DNA of 64,000 bases from a bacterium. Lineage in GTDB: Bacteria; Synergistota; GBS-1. The number at the start of each line of letters is the position of its first letter. Positions within the stretch are counted from its first letter, which is position 1. The notes beneath the pieces were generated by a model that was not told where the DNA came from, made no database searches, and saw nothing but the letters and a program-made list of their open reading frames with translations. The stretch covers positions 128,001 to 192,000 of the forward strand of contig JASKLF010000001.1 of assembly GCA_030153785.1 (NCBI GenBank), read 5' to 3'. The translations under genes were made by a program, and so were the position numbers. Of the stretch, positions 13,133 to 22,336 are shown piece after piece.

Positions 13133-13803
13133 CTTATCTCACTGCTCCTTACTAATTCCCCAGTTATCATATATATGACCTTCTCGGCCAAGTTAGTGGT
13201 ATGATCTCCAACCCTTTCAAGATGTCTTGCCACAAACATCAGCTGAACCCCTTGCTTTAAAGTTCTCCCAGGGTTTTCAAGCATAAGGAAGAAAAGCTCA
13301 CTAACTATTTGCCTTTCCAAATCATCAAGCATGTTATCCATCTTGCACACCTCATAGGCCTTTTCAACGCTTCTTTCCAGGAAAGCTTCTATGGCCATAT
13401 CCAGCATCTTCTGAGCATGCTCTGCCATTCTCGGAAGGTCAATTAAAGGTTTTACAAAAGGCTCTTTTCCTATGGCCAAAACTATGCGCGCTATATTAAC
13501 GGCCAAATCGCCAACCCTTTCTAAGTCAACTATCATCTTCATTATGGTAGTTATCGTTCTAAGATCACGCGCCAAAGGGTGCCTCCTTGCTATCACCTCA
13601 ACACAGGTTCTATCCAATTCTATGGTGAGGTCATCTAAAAAGTCGTCGCTATTTATTACCTCATTGGCGAGGTCTTGATCTTGATGCACTAAAGCCTTCA
13701 TCGCCTTAGACAACGCATCCTTAGAAAGAGAAGCAAGCCTGAGTAACTTCTCTTCCAAATCTCTTAAATCCTCTTCCAGACTTGCTCTTATATTAAGACC
13801 CAA
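13129..13803 (-). CDS. phoU: Phosphate signalling regulator PhoU
   Basis: PLARDLR, DLERVGD, LERVGDHTTNLAE. Confidence 0.95.
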   Translation of the reverse strand: MGLNIRASLEEDLRDLEEKLLRLASLSKDALSKAMKALVHQDQDLANEVINSDDFLDDLTIELDRTCVEVIARRHPLARDLRTITTIMKMIVDLERVGDLAVNIARIVLAIGKEPFVKPLIDLPRMAEHAQKMLDMAIEAFLERSVEKAYEVCKMDNMLDDLERQIVSELFFLMLENPGRTLKQGVQLMFVARHLERVGDHTTNLAEKVIYMITGELVRSSEIR

Positions 13804-13859
13804 ACTTTTTCACCTCCCACTATCATTTTACCCTACCACTTTCTATTTGAAAAGGGTTA

Positions 13860-13868
13860 TGGTATAAT
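13860..13868 (+). promoter_or_regulatory. Extended -10 promoter of tRNA-Leu
   Basis: TGGTATAAT ending 11 nt before the tRNA. Confidence 0.55.
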
Positions 13869-13879
13869 AAAAGCGTGGT

Positions 13880-13969
13880 GCCGAGATGGCGGAATTGGAA
13901 GACGCGCCGGACTCAAAATCCGGTGGGGTTGAAAGCCCCATGCGGGTTCGACTCCCGCTCTCGGCACCA
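13880..13969 (+). tRNA. tRNA-Leu(CAA)
   Basis: GCCGAGA/TCTCGGC acceptor stem, anticodon arm CCGGA-CTCAAAA-TCCGG, long variable arm, GGTTCGACT T-loop, encoded CCA. Confidence 0.96.
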
Positions 13970-13991
13970 TTTTTATTTCCTCCCAAACCTC

Positions 13992-15230
13992 CTATGAGCT
14001 AACTATCCTCTTAGCCTTCCCAGCCGTTCTTTCAATACTCCCAGGGGGAAGAAGCTTGAGGTCCACCGTGATGCCAAGCCTTGCTTTTAAAGCTCTGGAA
14101 ACTCTTTCCGTCAACTCCTCTATGCTTCCACTAAACCCGTTAGAAAGCTCGCACCTTACTTCAAGTCTCTTAAGGTGCTTCCTCTCACCAACCACAAGCT
14201 GATAGTTTAAGCTTAACTCATTGAAGCTTCCCAAAACAGACTCTATCTGCTTGGGGAAGACATTAACCCCACGAATTATAAGCATATCGTCGCTCCTTCC
14301 CTTTATTCTATCTATCCTGTAGCCGTAAACGCCACAAGGACACTCACCATTTACAAGCCTTGTGATGTCACGCGTCCTGTACCTTATCATTGGAGTACCT
14401 TCCCTGTTTAGCGTCGTTAAAACAAGCTCTCCTTCTTTCCCAAAGGGAAGCGGTTTTAGAGTCTCAGGGTCTATTACCTCAACTATGAAATACTCATCGT
14501 TAACATGAAGTCCGTTTTTATATTGACATTCCATAGCTACACCTGGACCCCATATCTCACTCAAACCGTATATATCAAGTGCCTTTATCCCCAAGCCCTC
14601 CTCTATCTGAGACCTCATCTCCTCGCTCCAAGGCTCGGCTCCCAAAATACCAAGACGAAGCTTTAATTCGTTTGGAGACACTCCCCTCTCAGCTAAAAAC
14701 TCAGCAAGATAAAGAGCATAGCTTGGGGTGCAAGCCAAAACGGTTGTTCCCAAGTCTTTCATCAATTCTACTTGCCTCTCTGTATTACCTCCCGATACGG
14801 GGATAACACAACATCCCAGCTTTTCCGCACCATAGTGAAGCCCCAAACCACCCGTGAAAAGGCCATAACCGTAAGCAACTTGAACTATATCATCTTCGTT
14901 AACACCTGCTACCTTAAGACACCATGCAACAAGGTTAGCCCATTTTTCTATATCCCCCTTTGTATAACTAACAACAGTAGGCTTACCCGTAGTACCCGAG
15001 GAACAGTGAACCCTAACTACACTCCTTAACTCAGGGGCAGTAGCACCCCAAGGGTATCCTCTTCTCAAATCGTCTTTAACCATGAAAGGAAGATATTGGA
15101 TATCTTCGAGGTTTCTTATATCCTCCGGTTTGATTCCAGCCTCGTCCATTCTCTCCCTATACCAGGGATAGCTCTCATAAGCTCTTCTCACGCTTTCCCT
15201 TAAAGCCGTTAATTTCTCCTGCATCACCAT
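13992..15230 (-). CDS. paaK: Phenylacetate--CoA ligase family protein
   Basis: SSGTTGKP, YGYGLFTGGLG, DIYGLSE, RYRTRD, GRSDDMLIIRGVNVFP, GKAKR. Confidence 0.93.
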   Translation of the reverse strand: MVMQEKLTALRESVRRAYESYPWYRERMDEAGIKPEDIRNLEDIQYLPFMVKDDLRRGYPWGATAPELRSVVRVHCSSGTTGKPTVVSYTKGDIEKWANLVAWCLKVAGVNEDDIVQVAYGYGLFTGGLGLHYGAEKLGCCVIPVSGGNTERQVELMKDLGTTVLACTPSYALYLAEFLAERGVSPNELKLRLGILGAEPWSEEMRSQIEEGLGIKALDIYGLSEIWGPGVAMECQYKNGLHVNDEYFIVEVIDPETLKPLPFGKEGELVLTTLNREGTPMIRYRTRDITRLVNGECPCGVYGYRIDRIKGRSDDMLIIRGVNVFPKQIESVLGSFNELSLNYQLVVGERKHLKRLEVRCELSNGFSGSIEELTERVSRALKARLGITVDLKLLPPGSIERTAGKAKRIVSS

Positions 15231-15250
15231 ACCTCCTTCTACGGATAAGA

Positions 15251-15301
15251 TAAAAACTAAGGGCCGGAGGCTCCTTTTTAAAAAGGAGCCTCCGGCCCTT
15301 A
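15251..15301 (-). terminator. Intrinsic terminator (attenuator) in the paaK leader
   Basis: Perfect 22-bp inverted repeat at 15258-15301 followed by GTTTTT, lying between the promoter and the paaK RBS. Confidence 0.85.
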
Positions 15302-15333
15302 ACTCTCAAAAACCGAGCTTCCCCCACCAGGGG

Positions 15334-15399
15334 TTAAACCGGAGACCCTAAGTAACTAAAGTAAAAAGCAAAGCTAAAAATAATACGACTCCCACCCAT
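15334..15399 (-). CDS. Phe/Tyr-rich leader peptide MGGSRIIFSFAFYFSYLGSPV (21 aa)
   Basis: ATG 15399 to TAA 15334; 4 Phe and 2 Tyr within 9 consecutive codons; its 3' end is complementary to the terminator arm. Confidence 0.8.
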   Translation of the reverse strand: MGGSRIIFSFAFYFSYLGSPV

Positions 15400-15410
15400 C
15401 TTAGTTTTAA

Positions 15411-15439
15411 AGTATACCATTTCAAACAAAGGGCGTCAA
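15411..15439 (-). promoter_or_regulatory. sigma70 promoter for leader-paaK
   Basis: TTGACG-17-TATACT with extended TG. Confidence 0.8.
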
Positions 15440-15443
15440 TACA

Positions 15444-16316
15444 TCAGGAAAGAATTTCTCCCCTCTCGTTTATCACAGCATTATCTAACACCCGTGCCAA
15501 CCCCACATAAACAGCCAAGGCGAGGAGGGTAGGTCCTTTAACTTCTTTAACGCTCTCTAAGGTTTCAGGGTCAACAAACTCTATGTAATCGATTCGCGTA
15601 TAAGGGTGAGAAAGTATGAGCTCCTCCAAATTCTCTTTAAGAATAGCGACATCTTTGACACCAGAAGATATTAGTTCCTTAGCCCTGAGAATAGCCCTAT
15701 AAAGAGAAAGAGCGGAATCCCTTTCTTCTGGAGAAAGATAAACATTTCGAGAACTCATCGCTAAACCATCAGGCTCTCTTACAGTAGGATGGCCAACAAT
15801 TTCAATATCGAGATTAAGATCCTTTACCATCCTCTTAATTACCAAAAACTGCTGATAATCCTTGAGGCCAAAGATACCAACATGAGGTTTAACTATGTTA
15901 AAAAGCTTCAGGACAACGGTAGCCACCCCGCGAAAAAGCCAGGGCCGTGAAATTCCACACAAGGGTTTCGGAAGCTTTTCCACTTCCACATAAGTCTGAA
16001 AACCTTGGGGATACATCTCTTCGGAGGAAGGAACAAATAGCACATCAACGCCAACATCTTCCGCCATTTTTTGATCTCTTTCCAAATCACGAGGATACCT
16101 GTAAAACCCCTCCTTCATGCCGAATTGAAGGGGGTTTACAAATATGCTCACAACCAATTTATCCCCAAGATTCTTACCCGCCTTCATTAAGGCAAGGTGA
16201 CCTTGATGAAAGTAGCCCATCGTTGGAACGAGAACTATCCTCTTACCTTCCTTACGAAAAGCTTCAGCAAGGGAAGACATCTCCTTAACCGATTGTACCA
16301 GTCTAATTTCACTCAT
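15444..16316 (-). CDS. panC: Pantoate--beta-alanine ligase (somewhat divergent)
   Basis: VPTMGYFHQGH, SIFVNPLQF, KDYQQ, GLAMSSRN, RVLDN. Confidence 0.88.
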   Translation of the reverse strand: MSEIRLVQSVKEMSSLAEAFRKEGKRIVLVPTMGYFHQGHLALMKAGKNLGDKLVVSIFVNPLQFGMKEGFYRYPRDLERDQKMAEDVGVDVLFVPSSEEMYPQGFQTYVEVEKLPKPLCGISRPWLFRGVATVVLKLFNIVKPHVGIFGLKDYQQFLVIKRMVKDLNLDIEIVGHPTVREPDGLAMSSRNVYLSPEERDSALSLYRAILRAKELISSGVKDVAILKENLEELILSHPYTRIDYIEFVDPETLESVKEVKGPTLLALAVYVGLARVLDNAVINERGEILS

Positions 16317-16358
16317 CGCAACCACTTCCTCTAAAGAGCTTTCTATAACTTTTTCTTA

Positions 16359-16387
16359 ATTGTAAAATAATCGAAAACAACCTTCAA
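16359..16387 (-). promoter_or_regulatory. sigma70 promoter for panC
   Basis: TTGAAG-17-TACAAT. Confidence 0.55.
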
Positions 16388-16425
16388 GGTCATTTCCAAA
16401 ACTTATTCATGCTTTCTAAGATTTC

Positions 16426-17976
16426 TCACGCACCCTTTAAATCCATCGAAACTTTCTCCATCTCTTTCTTAAAACATATATGCTTATGCCATGAATCAGA
16501 TGCACAAGGGTAATCCGATCTATAATGAGCTCCCCTGGATTCCCTTCTTTCTAAAGAAGCTTTAAGCAAAAGCTCCATAAGCTCGAAGATGGCTTTAAGC
16601 CTGAGCCATCTTCCCAAATCAGATGGGTTCCTTCTATCGAAGGCTTCTTTCAGATGATAGAGTTCTTCAAGTCCCTTTACTAACCCTTCACCGCTTCTCA
16701 CTATACCACCATACTCCCAAGCTATATATCCTAATCTCCTTTCTATGTCCACAAGGGTATCTTCACCACCCTTTGGAAAGCCAACATAATCAAAATTAAG
16801 GATAGCAAAATCAGCCTCTTTAGCATATAAAGAGGCCTCTCTTCCCGCAATAGGGCCAAAAACTGCGCATTCAGTCAATGCCATTCCTCCCACGCGGTCA
16901 GCTCCATGAACACCCCCTACACACTCACCACAAGCAAACAACCCCGGAACCCCCGTAAAGCATCTTTCATCTATCATAATTCCGCCCATCGTAAAATGAG
17001 CAACAGGCTTCACCTCAAGGTTATCTCTACCATACTTCTTTAAAATTCTGAACAAAAGGGGATTCAACTCCCTTATGGTTTCGTCACTTAAACCGGAAAG
17101 ATCCAAAAAGACTTTGTTTTGGAGAAATATCTCCCTAGCCAAGATATCTCGGGTTTCAAGCTCTGCCTTAGGATATTTATTCAAAAAATATTCTCCATTT
17201 TCATTCCTAAGCTTGGCACCATGAAAAAACAAAGATGCGTATATCCCTAACCATACGGGTTTCACAAGCCAGTAGGGATAAAACTGAACAAATTCCAAAT
17301 CCATAAGCCTCGCTCCCGCATCCAAGGCAAAAATTAAGCTCTCACCCGTAGTGTGAATGGAATTATCACTATAGGCGTAGACTCTGGCAAATCCTCCAGA
17401 GGCCAGAACCGTAGCCTTGGCCTTTACCAAGAAAAGCTCACCATTTTTAAAAAACAAACCTCCCCCAACTTCACCATCAGCACCCTTTACAAAACCTATG
17501 AAGTCAAAGCCTTCCATTAGGAAAATATCTTTAGAAAGTACAATTTTTCTCAACGGGGAAGTTAAATCCTTGCTTCTACCTTTCACGATCCTATAAAACC
17601 TCGAGCCGTTAGGACTAATTTTCCCAGCAGAAAGAGGAACCCCATAACTTTGAAGTTTCTTAACGGCATGAGAACCTTCATCAATAAGCTTTTCAAGTAG
17701 ATTCGGTTCGTTCAATCTCCCTCCCGCCTCGTAGATTTCAGATAGAAAGATCTCCCTTTCGCTTTCTTTTCCCTCAAAAACGAGAAGCATAGTCTGGGAA
17801 ATAACAGAAGAACCGGAAAGGCCGGCCTTCCCTCTGGTGAAAAGAGAAACGGAAACCCCTTCCCCCTCGGCTTCAATAGCGGCGAGCATCCCAGCCAATC
17901 CCCCACCTATAACCAAAACGTCGGTTTCCCATATCTCCCGAAGCCCCTCCAATCGATTCCCCTCCCTCGTTTGCAC
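16426..17976 (-). CDS. NadB/SdhA/FrdA-family FAD flavoprotein
   Basis: GGGLAG, ASGG, QFYP, AHFTMGG, HGADR, RESRGAHYRSDYP. No Fe-S partner gene adjacent. Confidence 0.8.
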   Translation of the reverse strand: MQTREGNRLEGLREIWETDVLVIGGGLAGMLAAIEAEGEGVSVSLFTRGKAGLSGSSVISQTMLLVFEGKESEREIFLSEIYEAGGRLNEPNLLEKLIDEGSHAVKKLQSYGVPLSAGKISPNGSRFYRIVKGRSKDLTSPLRKIVLSKDIFLMEGFDFIGFVKGADGEVGGGLFFKNGELFLVKAKATVLASGGFARVYAYSDNSIHTTGESLIFALDAGARLMDLEFVQFYPYWLVKPVWLGIYASLFFHGAKLRNENGEYFLNKYPKAELETRDILAREIFLQNKVFLDLSGLSDETIRELNPLLFRILKKYGRDNLEVKPVAHFTMGGIMIDERCFTGVPGLFACGECVGGVHGADRVGGMALTECAVFGPIAGREASLYAKEADFAILNFDYVGFPKGGEDTLVDIERRLGYIAWEYGGIVRSGEGLVKGLEELYHLKEAFDRRNPSDLGRWLRLKAIFELMELLLKASLERRESRGAHYRSDYPCASDSWHKHICFKKEMEKVSMDLKGA

Positions 17977-19177
17977 CTTTTAATCTCAAAAGGACCTCCT
18001 TATAAATATCCTTAAGGGCTTTAACCAACCTCTGGTCGAGTGGCATCCCCTCCATAATCTCTATAGCCTCCTCGGGAGAAAAGGCTGAACGATAGGGCCT
18101 GTCACTTATAAGGGCATCAAAGACATCGGCCACAGCTATCAACCTCGCCCCGAAGGGAATCTCCTCTCCCTTAAGACCTTCAGGATAACCGCTCCCATCC
18201 AACCTTTCATGATGATATTTGACAATTTCAGCAATCTCTTCAACACCGTTTATGTCAGAAAGTATCGTATACCCTATGAGAGGATGCTTCTTAATAGCCT
18301 CAAACTCCTCGGGAGTTAATTTCCCCTTCTTGTTAAGAATCTCGTTAGGTATACCGATTTTACCTATGTCATGAAGAAGAGCGGCTTCTCTTATAAGCTC
18401 CTTTTCCCTCTCGCTTAGCCCCAAACGGTTTGCCAGCAATAGAGAAATTAAAGCCACGTTTTTAGAGTGACCTTGAGTGTAAGGATCTTTCTCCTCCATT
18501 ATGAAGGATATCTTTTCTAAAAGCTTGATTTTCGTTAGCCTCTCACCATAAAGCCAGATTATCGATCTTACAAAAACAGCAGTAACAAACCCCAAAAACA
18601 CCGAAAACAAAATTTGAGAAAAACGCAAAAAGGGGATGTTGGAGATGAACCTGACTCCCAGCATTTCAAGGTTGCCTTGAGGGTCAGGAGTAAAATACTC
18701 GCTTATATTTAAAGCTTTAAGTAAACCAGAAAGATCCACTTCAACCCTCGCTACCTTATCCTCGATAACCCTCTTGCAAGCCGAATCCCAAACGTTGAAA
18801 TAAATAAAAATCTTATTCTCACTGCTCTTCATGAAGTAAAACCCATCCTTTTCTATACCCACAGGCCTATTTATAATCCGAGCTCCCCTTACATAGGGAA
18901 AATCCTCTTCCACATAGGCAAGATTCTCGTTTATGAAATCTTCGTCATGAGAAACTAAGGCCTCATAGAAATCGTCCCATTGAAAATAACCCGTAGATAT
19001 AGACCGAGCAAGCCCATCCAAAAAGACCGCTAAAACTTGGGAGCTTCTTTTGAACTCCGAGTGAAACCTCATCTTTTGAAGATTATAGAAGTACAAAAGG
19101 CTAACCACCGTCACACCCAAAAAGATTAGATAAAAGCACCATCTACACCCCTGGACTCTCAAAACCTTCCCAATCAA
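17873..19177 (-). CDS. Membrane-bound HD-GYP cyclic-dinucleotide phosphodiesterase with CHASE4-like sensor region
   Basis: Two TM segments, WDDFY motif, GHS, LHDIGK, HHERLDGSGYP, ADVFDAL, RPYR. Confidence 0.88.
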   Translation of the reverse strand: MIGKVLRVQGCRWCFYLIFLGVTVVSLLYFYNLQKMRFHSEFKRSSQVLAVFLDGLARSISTGYFQWDDFYEALVSHDEDFINENLAYVEEDFPYVRGARIINRPVGIEKDGFYFMKSSENKIFIYFNVWDSACKRVIEDKVARVEVDLSGLLKALNISEYFTPDPQGNLEMLGVRFISNIPFLRFSQILFSVFLGFVTAVFVRSIIWLYGERLTKIKLLEKISFIMEEKDPYTQGHSKNVALISLLLANRLGLSEREKELIREAALLHDIGKIGIPNEILNKKGKLTPEEFEAIKKHPLIGYTILSDINGVEEIAEIVKYHHERLDGSGYPEGLKGEEIPFGARLIAVADVFDALISDRPYRSAFSPEEAIEIMEGMPLDQRLVKALKDIYKEVLLRLKGANEGGESIGGASGDMGNRRFGYRWGIGWDARRY

Positions 19178-20154
19178 TGTAGCATCTCCCTCCTAACAAC
19201 ACCGCTTATGAAAACATCAACTACCTTAGGATCAAAATAGCTATCCGAAAGATTCTCCACCCTGAGGCACGCTTTCTCGGTAGAAGGCAAGAAGCCAAGT
19301 CTGCCAGAAAGCAAAGCATCGAAATAATTACAGAGAGCAACTATACGTGCCCCACCAGAAATCTCCCCTCTTTCCAAGCCCCGCGGATACCCAGTTCCAT
19401 CAAACCTTTCGTGATGCTGGTAAGCCACATGGGAAACACCTATAGAGAGGTTCCGTAAGCTTCTCAGCAGGCCGTATCCCAATATAGTGTGCATGACCGC
19501 CTTAAAGTCAACATCATCTCTCCCCCGGAAGGGGTCGAAGAAAAACTCCTCTAAGTCAAGGAAAAGCTTTCCTATATCGTGAAATAATGCCGCCACCCCG
19601 ATTTCCCATATGTTTCTCGTTTTATAACCAAGGCTGAATGCCGTGAACATAGACAAAACAGAAACGTTAAGCCAATGCTCCCAAAGCATCCCTCCATCCT
19701 CATAGTTAAAGCTTCCTAAACTTAAAAGCTTTCTATCTCCCCTGAGAATTTCTCCTAAAATCGCTAAAGTTACCCTCTTTCCCCGTTCAACTAAAAAGGT
19801 CATACCAAGCTTTTTGGACTGGAGCGCCTTGTCAACCCTTTTTAAGACCGATTCCTCGCCTTCTCCATCAAGAGGCTGAATATAGCTTTTGATGTTTCTT
19901 CTAAAATTCAAATAGATTTCTCTAATCTCCTTTAAAAAGGGGCTGGTAACCAACCCCGTTGATTTCTCGTAAACCTCCTTTTCTTCCTCATCATCGAAAA
20001 GAACAAGAAACGGCAAATTAAATTTCGCCAAACCCTCTATATGCTTCCTTTCAAGGTAAACTCCCCTTCTTAAAAGAGGATAACCATCAGGAGTATAAAT
20101 ACTTCTCCCCAGAATATCGCCCTCTTTTACCTCGCTAAATTTGACCACTCTCAA
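19174..20154 (-). CDS. HD-GYP domain protein (partly degenerate)
   Basis: FHDIGK, HTILGY, HHERFDGTGYPRGL; CNYFD in place of ADVFD. Confidence 0.8.
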   Translation of the reverse strand: MRVVKFSEVKEGDILGRSIYTPDGYPLLRRGVYLERKHIEGLAKFNLPFLVLFDDEEEKEVYEKSTGLVTSPFLKEIREIYLNFRRNIKSYIQPLDGEGEESVLKRVDKALQSKKLGMTFLVERGKRVTLAILGEILRGDRKLLSLGSFNYEDGGMLWEHWLNVSVLSMFTAFSLGYKTRNIWEIGVAALFHDIGKLFLDLEEFFFDPFRGRDDVDFKAVMHTILGYGLLRSLRNLSIGVSHVAYQHHERFDGTGYPRGLERGEISGGARIVALCNYFDALLSGRLGFLPSTEKACLRVENLSDSYFDPKVVDVFISGVVRREMLH

Positions 20155-20998
20155 GGAAACAAAGCACCTCTTTCACAGCATCTTCCACGGAAGGAGAAAA
20201 CCTCACGAAATCACATTTATTAGAATAAAACCTAATTCTTCTTTCCTCCATATCGTTTTGCGGAATTCCTATGGTAAACCTTCCTAAATAAACTGAGTAG
20301 GCAAAAGATAAACCACCGGAGGAAATAACAAAGGAGGAATATCTGTAAAGGGAAAAGGGATCCCTTAGCGACCTATAAAGCCTTATATTTGGAGGAAGCC
20401 TCTTACTGGAAAATAAAAAATAGTCTGAGTTTAGTGGACCAAAGAGAATATGAACATTTCCCCTTACTCTATAAGCCTCTTCAACGAAGAGGGACAAAAA
20501 TCTCTTCGTAAGACCTTTGGGGTCAGAACCACCGAAGGTCACCAATATATCTTTCCCTTCGGGAGGAACACCTTTCAGGCTTCTTATCTCTCGGGGAGGG
20601 TAAACATAATCCCAACCAGTTAGGACTTGCTTAGCTTTGGTCTCCAGCGGATTTACAGGAATGAAGTCGGGATAGACTAAAAGGTCAACCTCGAGGTTTC
20701 CTAAACTACCATCATTATCGAAAAGAACGGTGAAGCTACCTTTTTTCATAACAGAATTAACAACATCTGTGGCTTCGCTGCTATCGGGAAGATCTACAAT
20801 TATAACGGAAGCTCTTTCTAACCCAACGTTAAAAAGGGTTCTTATTTCTTCCCTCCAGAGATCTCGAGCTATATATACCAATCTGTATATATGTCCGAGT
20901 CCGCTTTCCTTAGAACCTTTACAAACTAAAGCAACTCTCTTATCTTTACCTATCTTCTGAGAAATAATAGACACAAGTCTGGTTTTTACGCAACTCAC
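20135..20998 (-). CDS. PseG/SpsG-like GT-B nucleotide-sugar hydrolase/glycosyltransferase
   Basis: GLGHIYR, LVTFGGSDP, ISSGGLS. Confidence 0.65.
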   Translation of the reverse strand: MSCVKTRLVSIISQKIGKDKRVALVCKGSKESGLGHIYRLVYIARDLWREEIRTLFNVGLERASVIIVDLPDSSEATDVVNSVMKKGSFTVLFDNDGSLGNLEVDLLVYPDFIPVNPLETKAKQVLTGWDYVYPPREIRSLKGVPPEGKDILVTFGGSDPKGLTKRFLSLFVEEAYRVRGNVHILFGPLNSDYFLFSSKRLPPNIRLYRSLRDPFSLYRYSSFVISSGGLSFAYSVYLGRFTIGIPQNDMEERRIRFYSNKCDFVRFSPSVEDAVKEVLCFLESGQI

Positions 20999-21615
20999 TA
21001 CGATCCCCTTTTTTCTTCCTTCATTCTCTTAAGAATTTCCCACTCGGGGTCCTTCCACAAGAATCCAACCTCGGGAAGCAAAGAGCCTATATATTTACTT
21101 GGCGTTTTAGAATAATCTTTTATCTCTCCACCCTTGACCTCATGAAATACGAGCTGGGCAATTCTCGTTCCGGGATAAAGGTAAAGTGGAGCCACTCCTA
21201 AATTTGCAAGCTCAAGAGTTATAACTCCTCTGTAACCCGGTGAAACGACGGTTGCCGTAGCCACAATAAGACCAAGCCTTCCCCAAGATGATCTTCCCTC
21301 AACATAGGCCATATATTTTTCACCCAATGCCACATATTCAAGGGTACTTGAAAGGGCAAAATCACCTGGGTGAAGCACAAGGGCTTGCCCCGGTTCGAGA
21401 AAGATTCTCTCTCCAATCATAGGTAAAAATGGAGCTTCCCCACTTAACGGGTCAAAAGCCCCCATAACTCTCTTTCTAAACAAAATAAAATCAAGACCCA
21501 ATCTTACATCTAAACTTCCCTTGCCAATCTGAACGCTTGAATCCAAAAGAGGTATTATCTTGATTTCACCGTTATCTATTGCTTTGATTATCTCCTGAGA
21601 AGGGATCACTGACAT
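20998..21615 (-). CDS. dcd: dCTP deaminase
   Basis: SLDVRLG, EGRSSWGRLGL, TLELAN, RIAQLVF. Confidence 0.9.
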   Translation of the reverse strand: MSVIPSQEIIKAIDNGEIKIIPLLDSSVQIGKGSLDVRLGLDFILFRKRVMGAFDPLSGEAPFLPMIGERIFLEPGQALVLHPGDFALSSTLEYVALGEKYMAYVEGRSSWGRLGLIVATATVVSPGYRGVITLELANLGVAPLYLYPGTRIAQLVFHEVKGGEIKDYSKTPSKYIGSLLPEVGFLWKDPEWEILKRMKEEKRGS

Positions 21616-22327
21616 TTTTGGCTTTTTGCCACTCCTTCCTGAAGGCTCTTAACTTCAATGTGGTCATGATAAGCTCATTGATGCTTTTCCTATCCATACC
21701 TTCTCTAACCAAGACCCAACCAGCGTTAAAAAGCACTGGAAGAGAAGAATCTATTGGAGGAAGAGAATCTCTCAATTGACAAACTGCATATTCCAAACCA
21801 TCCAAAACTGGAACAGCTATCTCCAGCTGTCCTTTTAACCTACTTTCAGCTTTCGAAAAAAGAACCTCAAGTAGAGAAAATTTATATGCATCACCGTATT
21901 TCCTAATAGCACTTTCATCTGAAGCTACGATATCCATTCCGCGCCACCTTAGGTACAGCCCATAAAAGAACGGGTAAAGAAGGGGCTCCTCCAGAATCCG
22001 TTCGGGAAGGAGGAGAAGGAAAAACTCCCGTGTAGGATAGTATGTGGGTATCCACCCATCGTATGTAGATACGATGGGCCTTAAACCGGTTTCCTCCTCC
22101 AGATAAGCCTTAAGAGCCCACGGAATATCCATCCGAGAACTCCTTAAAAGATACATAAAGAGACGTTCTAAAAGGAATACATCTCTTCCCTCAAGAGTTG
22201 GAGAAAGCTTTTGCTCCAAGAAGGTCAAAGCCTTTAAAATCTCCGGAGATAACCAGGGAAGCTTTTTAAAATTTTCTATTTCAGCACGAAGACGCTCTAG
22301 TTTATAAGCTAAAGGACTATACATCAC
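21572..22327 (-). CDS. Hypothetical protein coupled to dcd
   Basis: 251-aa ORF with an RBS, overlapping dcd by 44 nt. Confidence 0.7.
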   Translation of the reverse strand: MMYSPLAYKLERLRAEIENFKKLPWLSPEILKALTFLEQKLSPTLEGRDVFLLERLFMYLLRSSRMDIPWALKAYLEEETGLRPIVSTYDGWIPTYYPTREFFLLLLPERILEEPLLYPFFYGLYLRWRGMDIVASDESAIRKYGDAYKFSLLEVLFSKAESRLKGQLEIAVPVLDGLEYAVCQLRDSLPPIDSSLPVLFNAGWVLVREGMDRKSINELIMTTLKLRAFRKEWQKAKNVSDPFSGDNQSNR

Positions 22328-22336
22328 CTCGCTCCT

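Noticed and set aside
15231..15410. T-box or riboswitch in the paaK leader
   Set aside because: No T-box UGGNACC bulge or stem I, and too short; the uORF model explains the structure.
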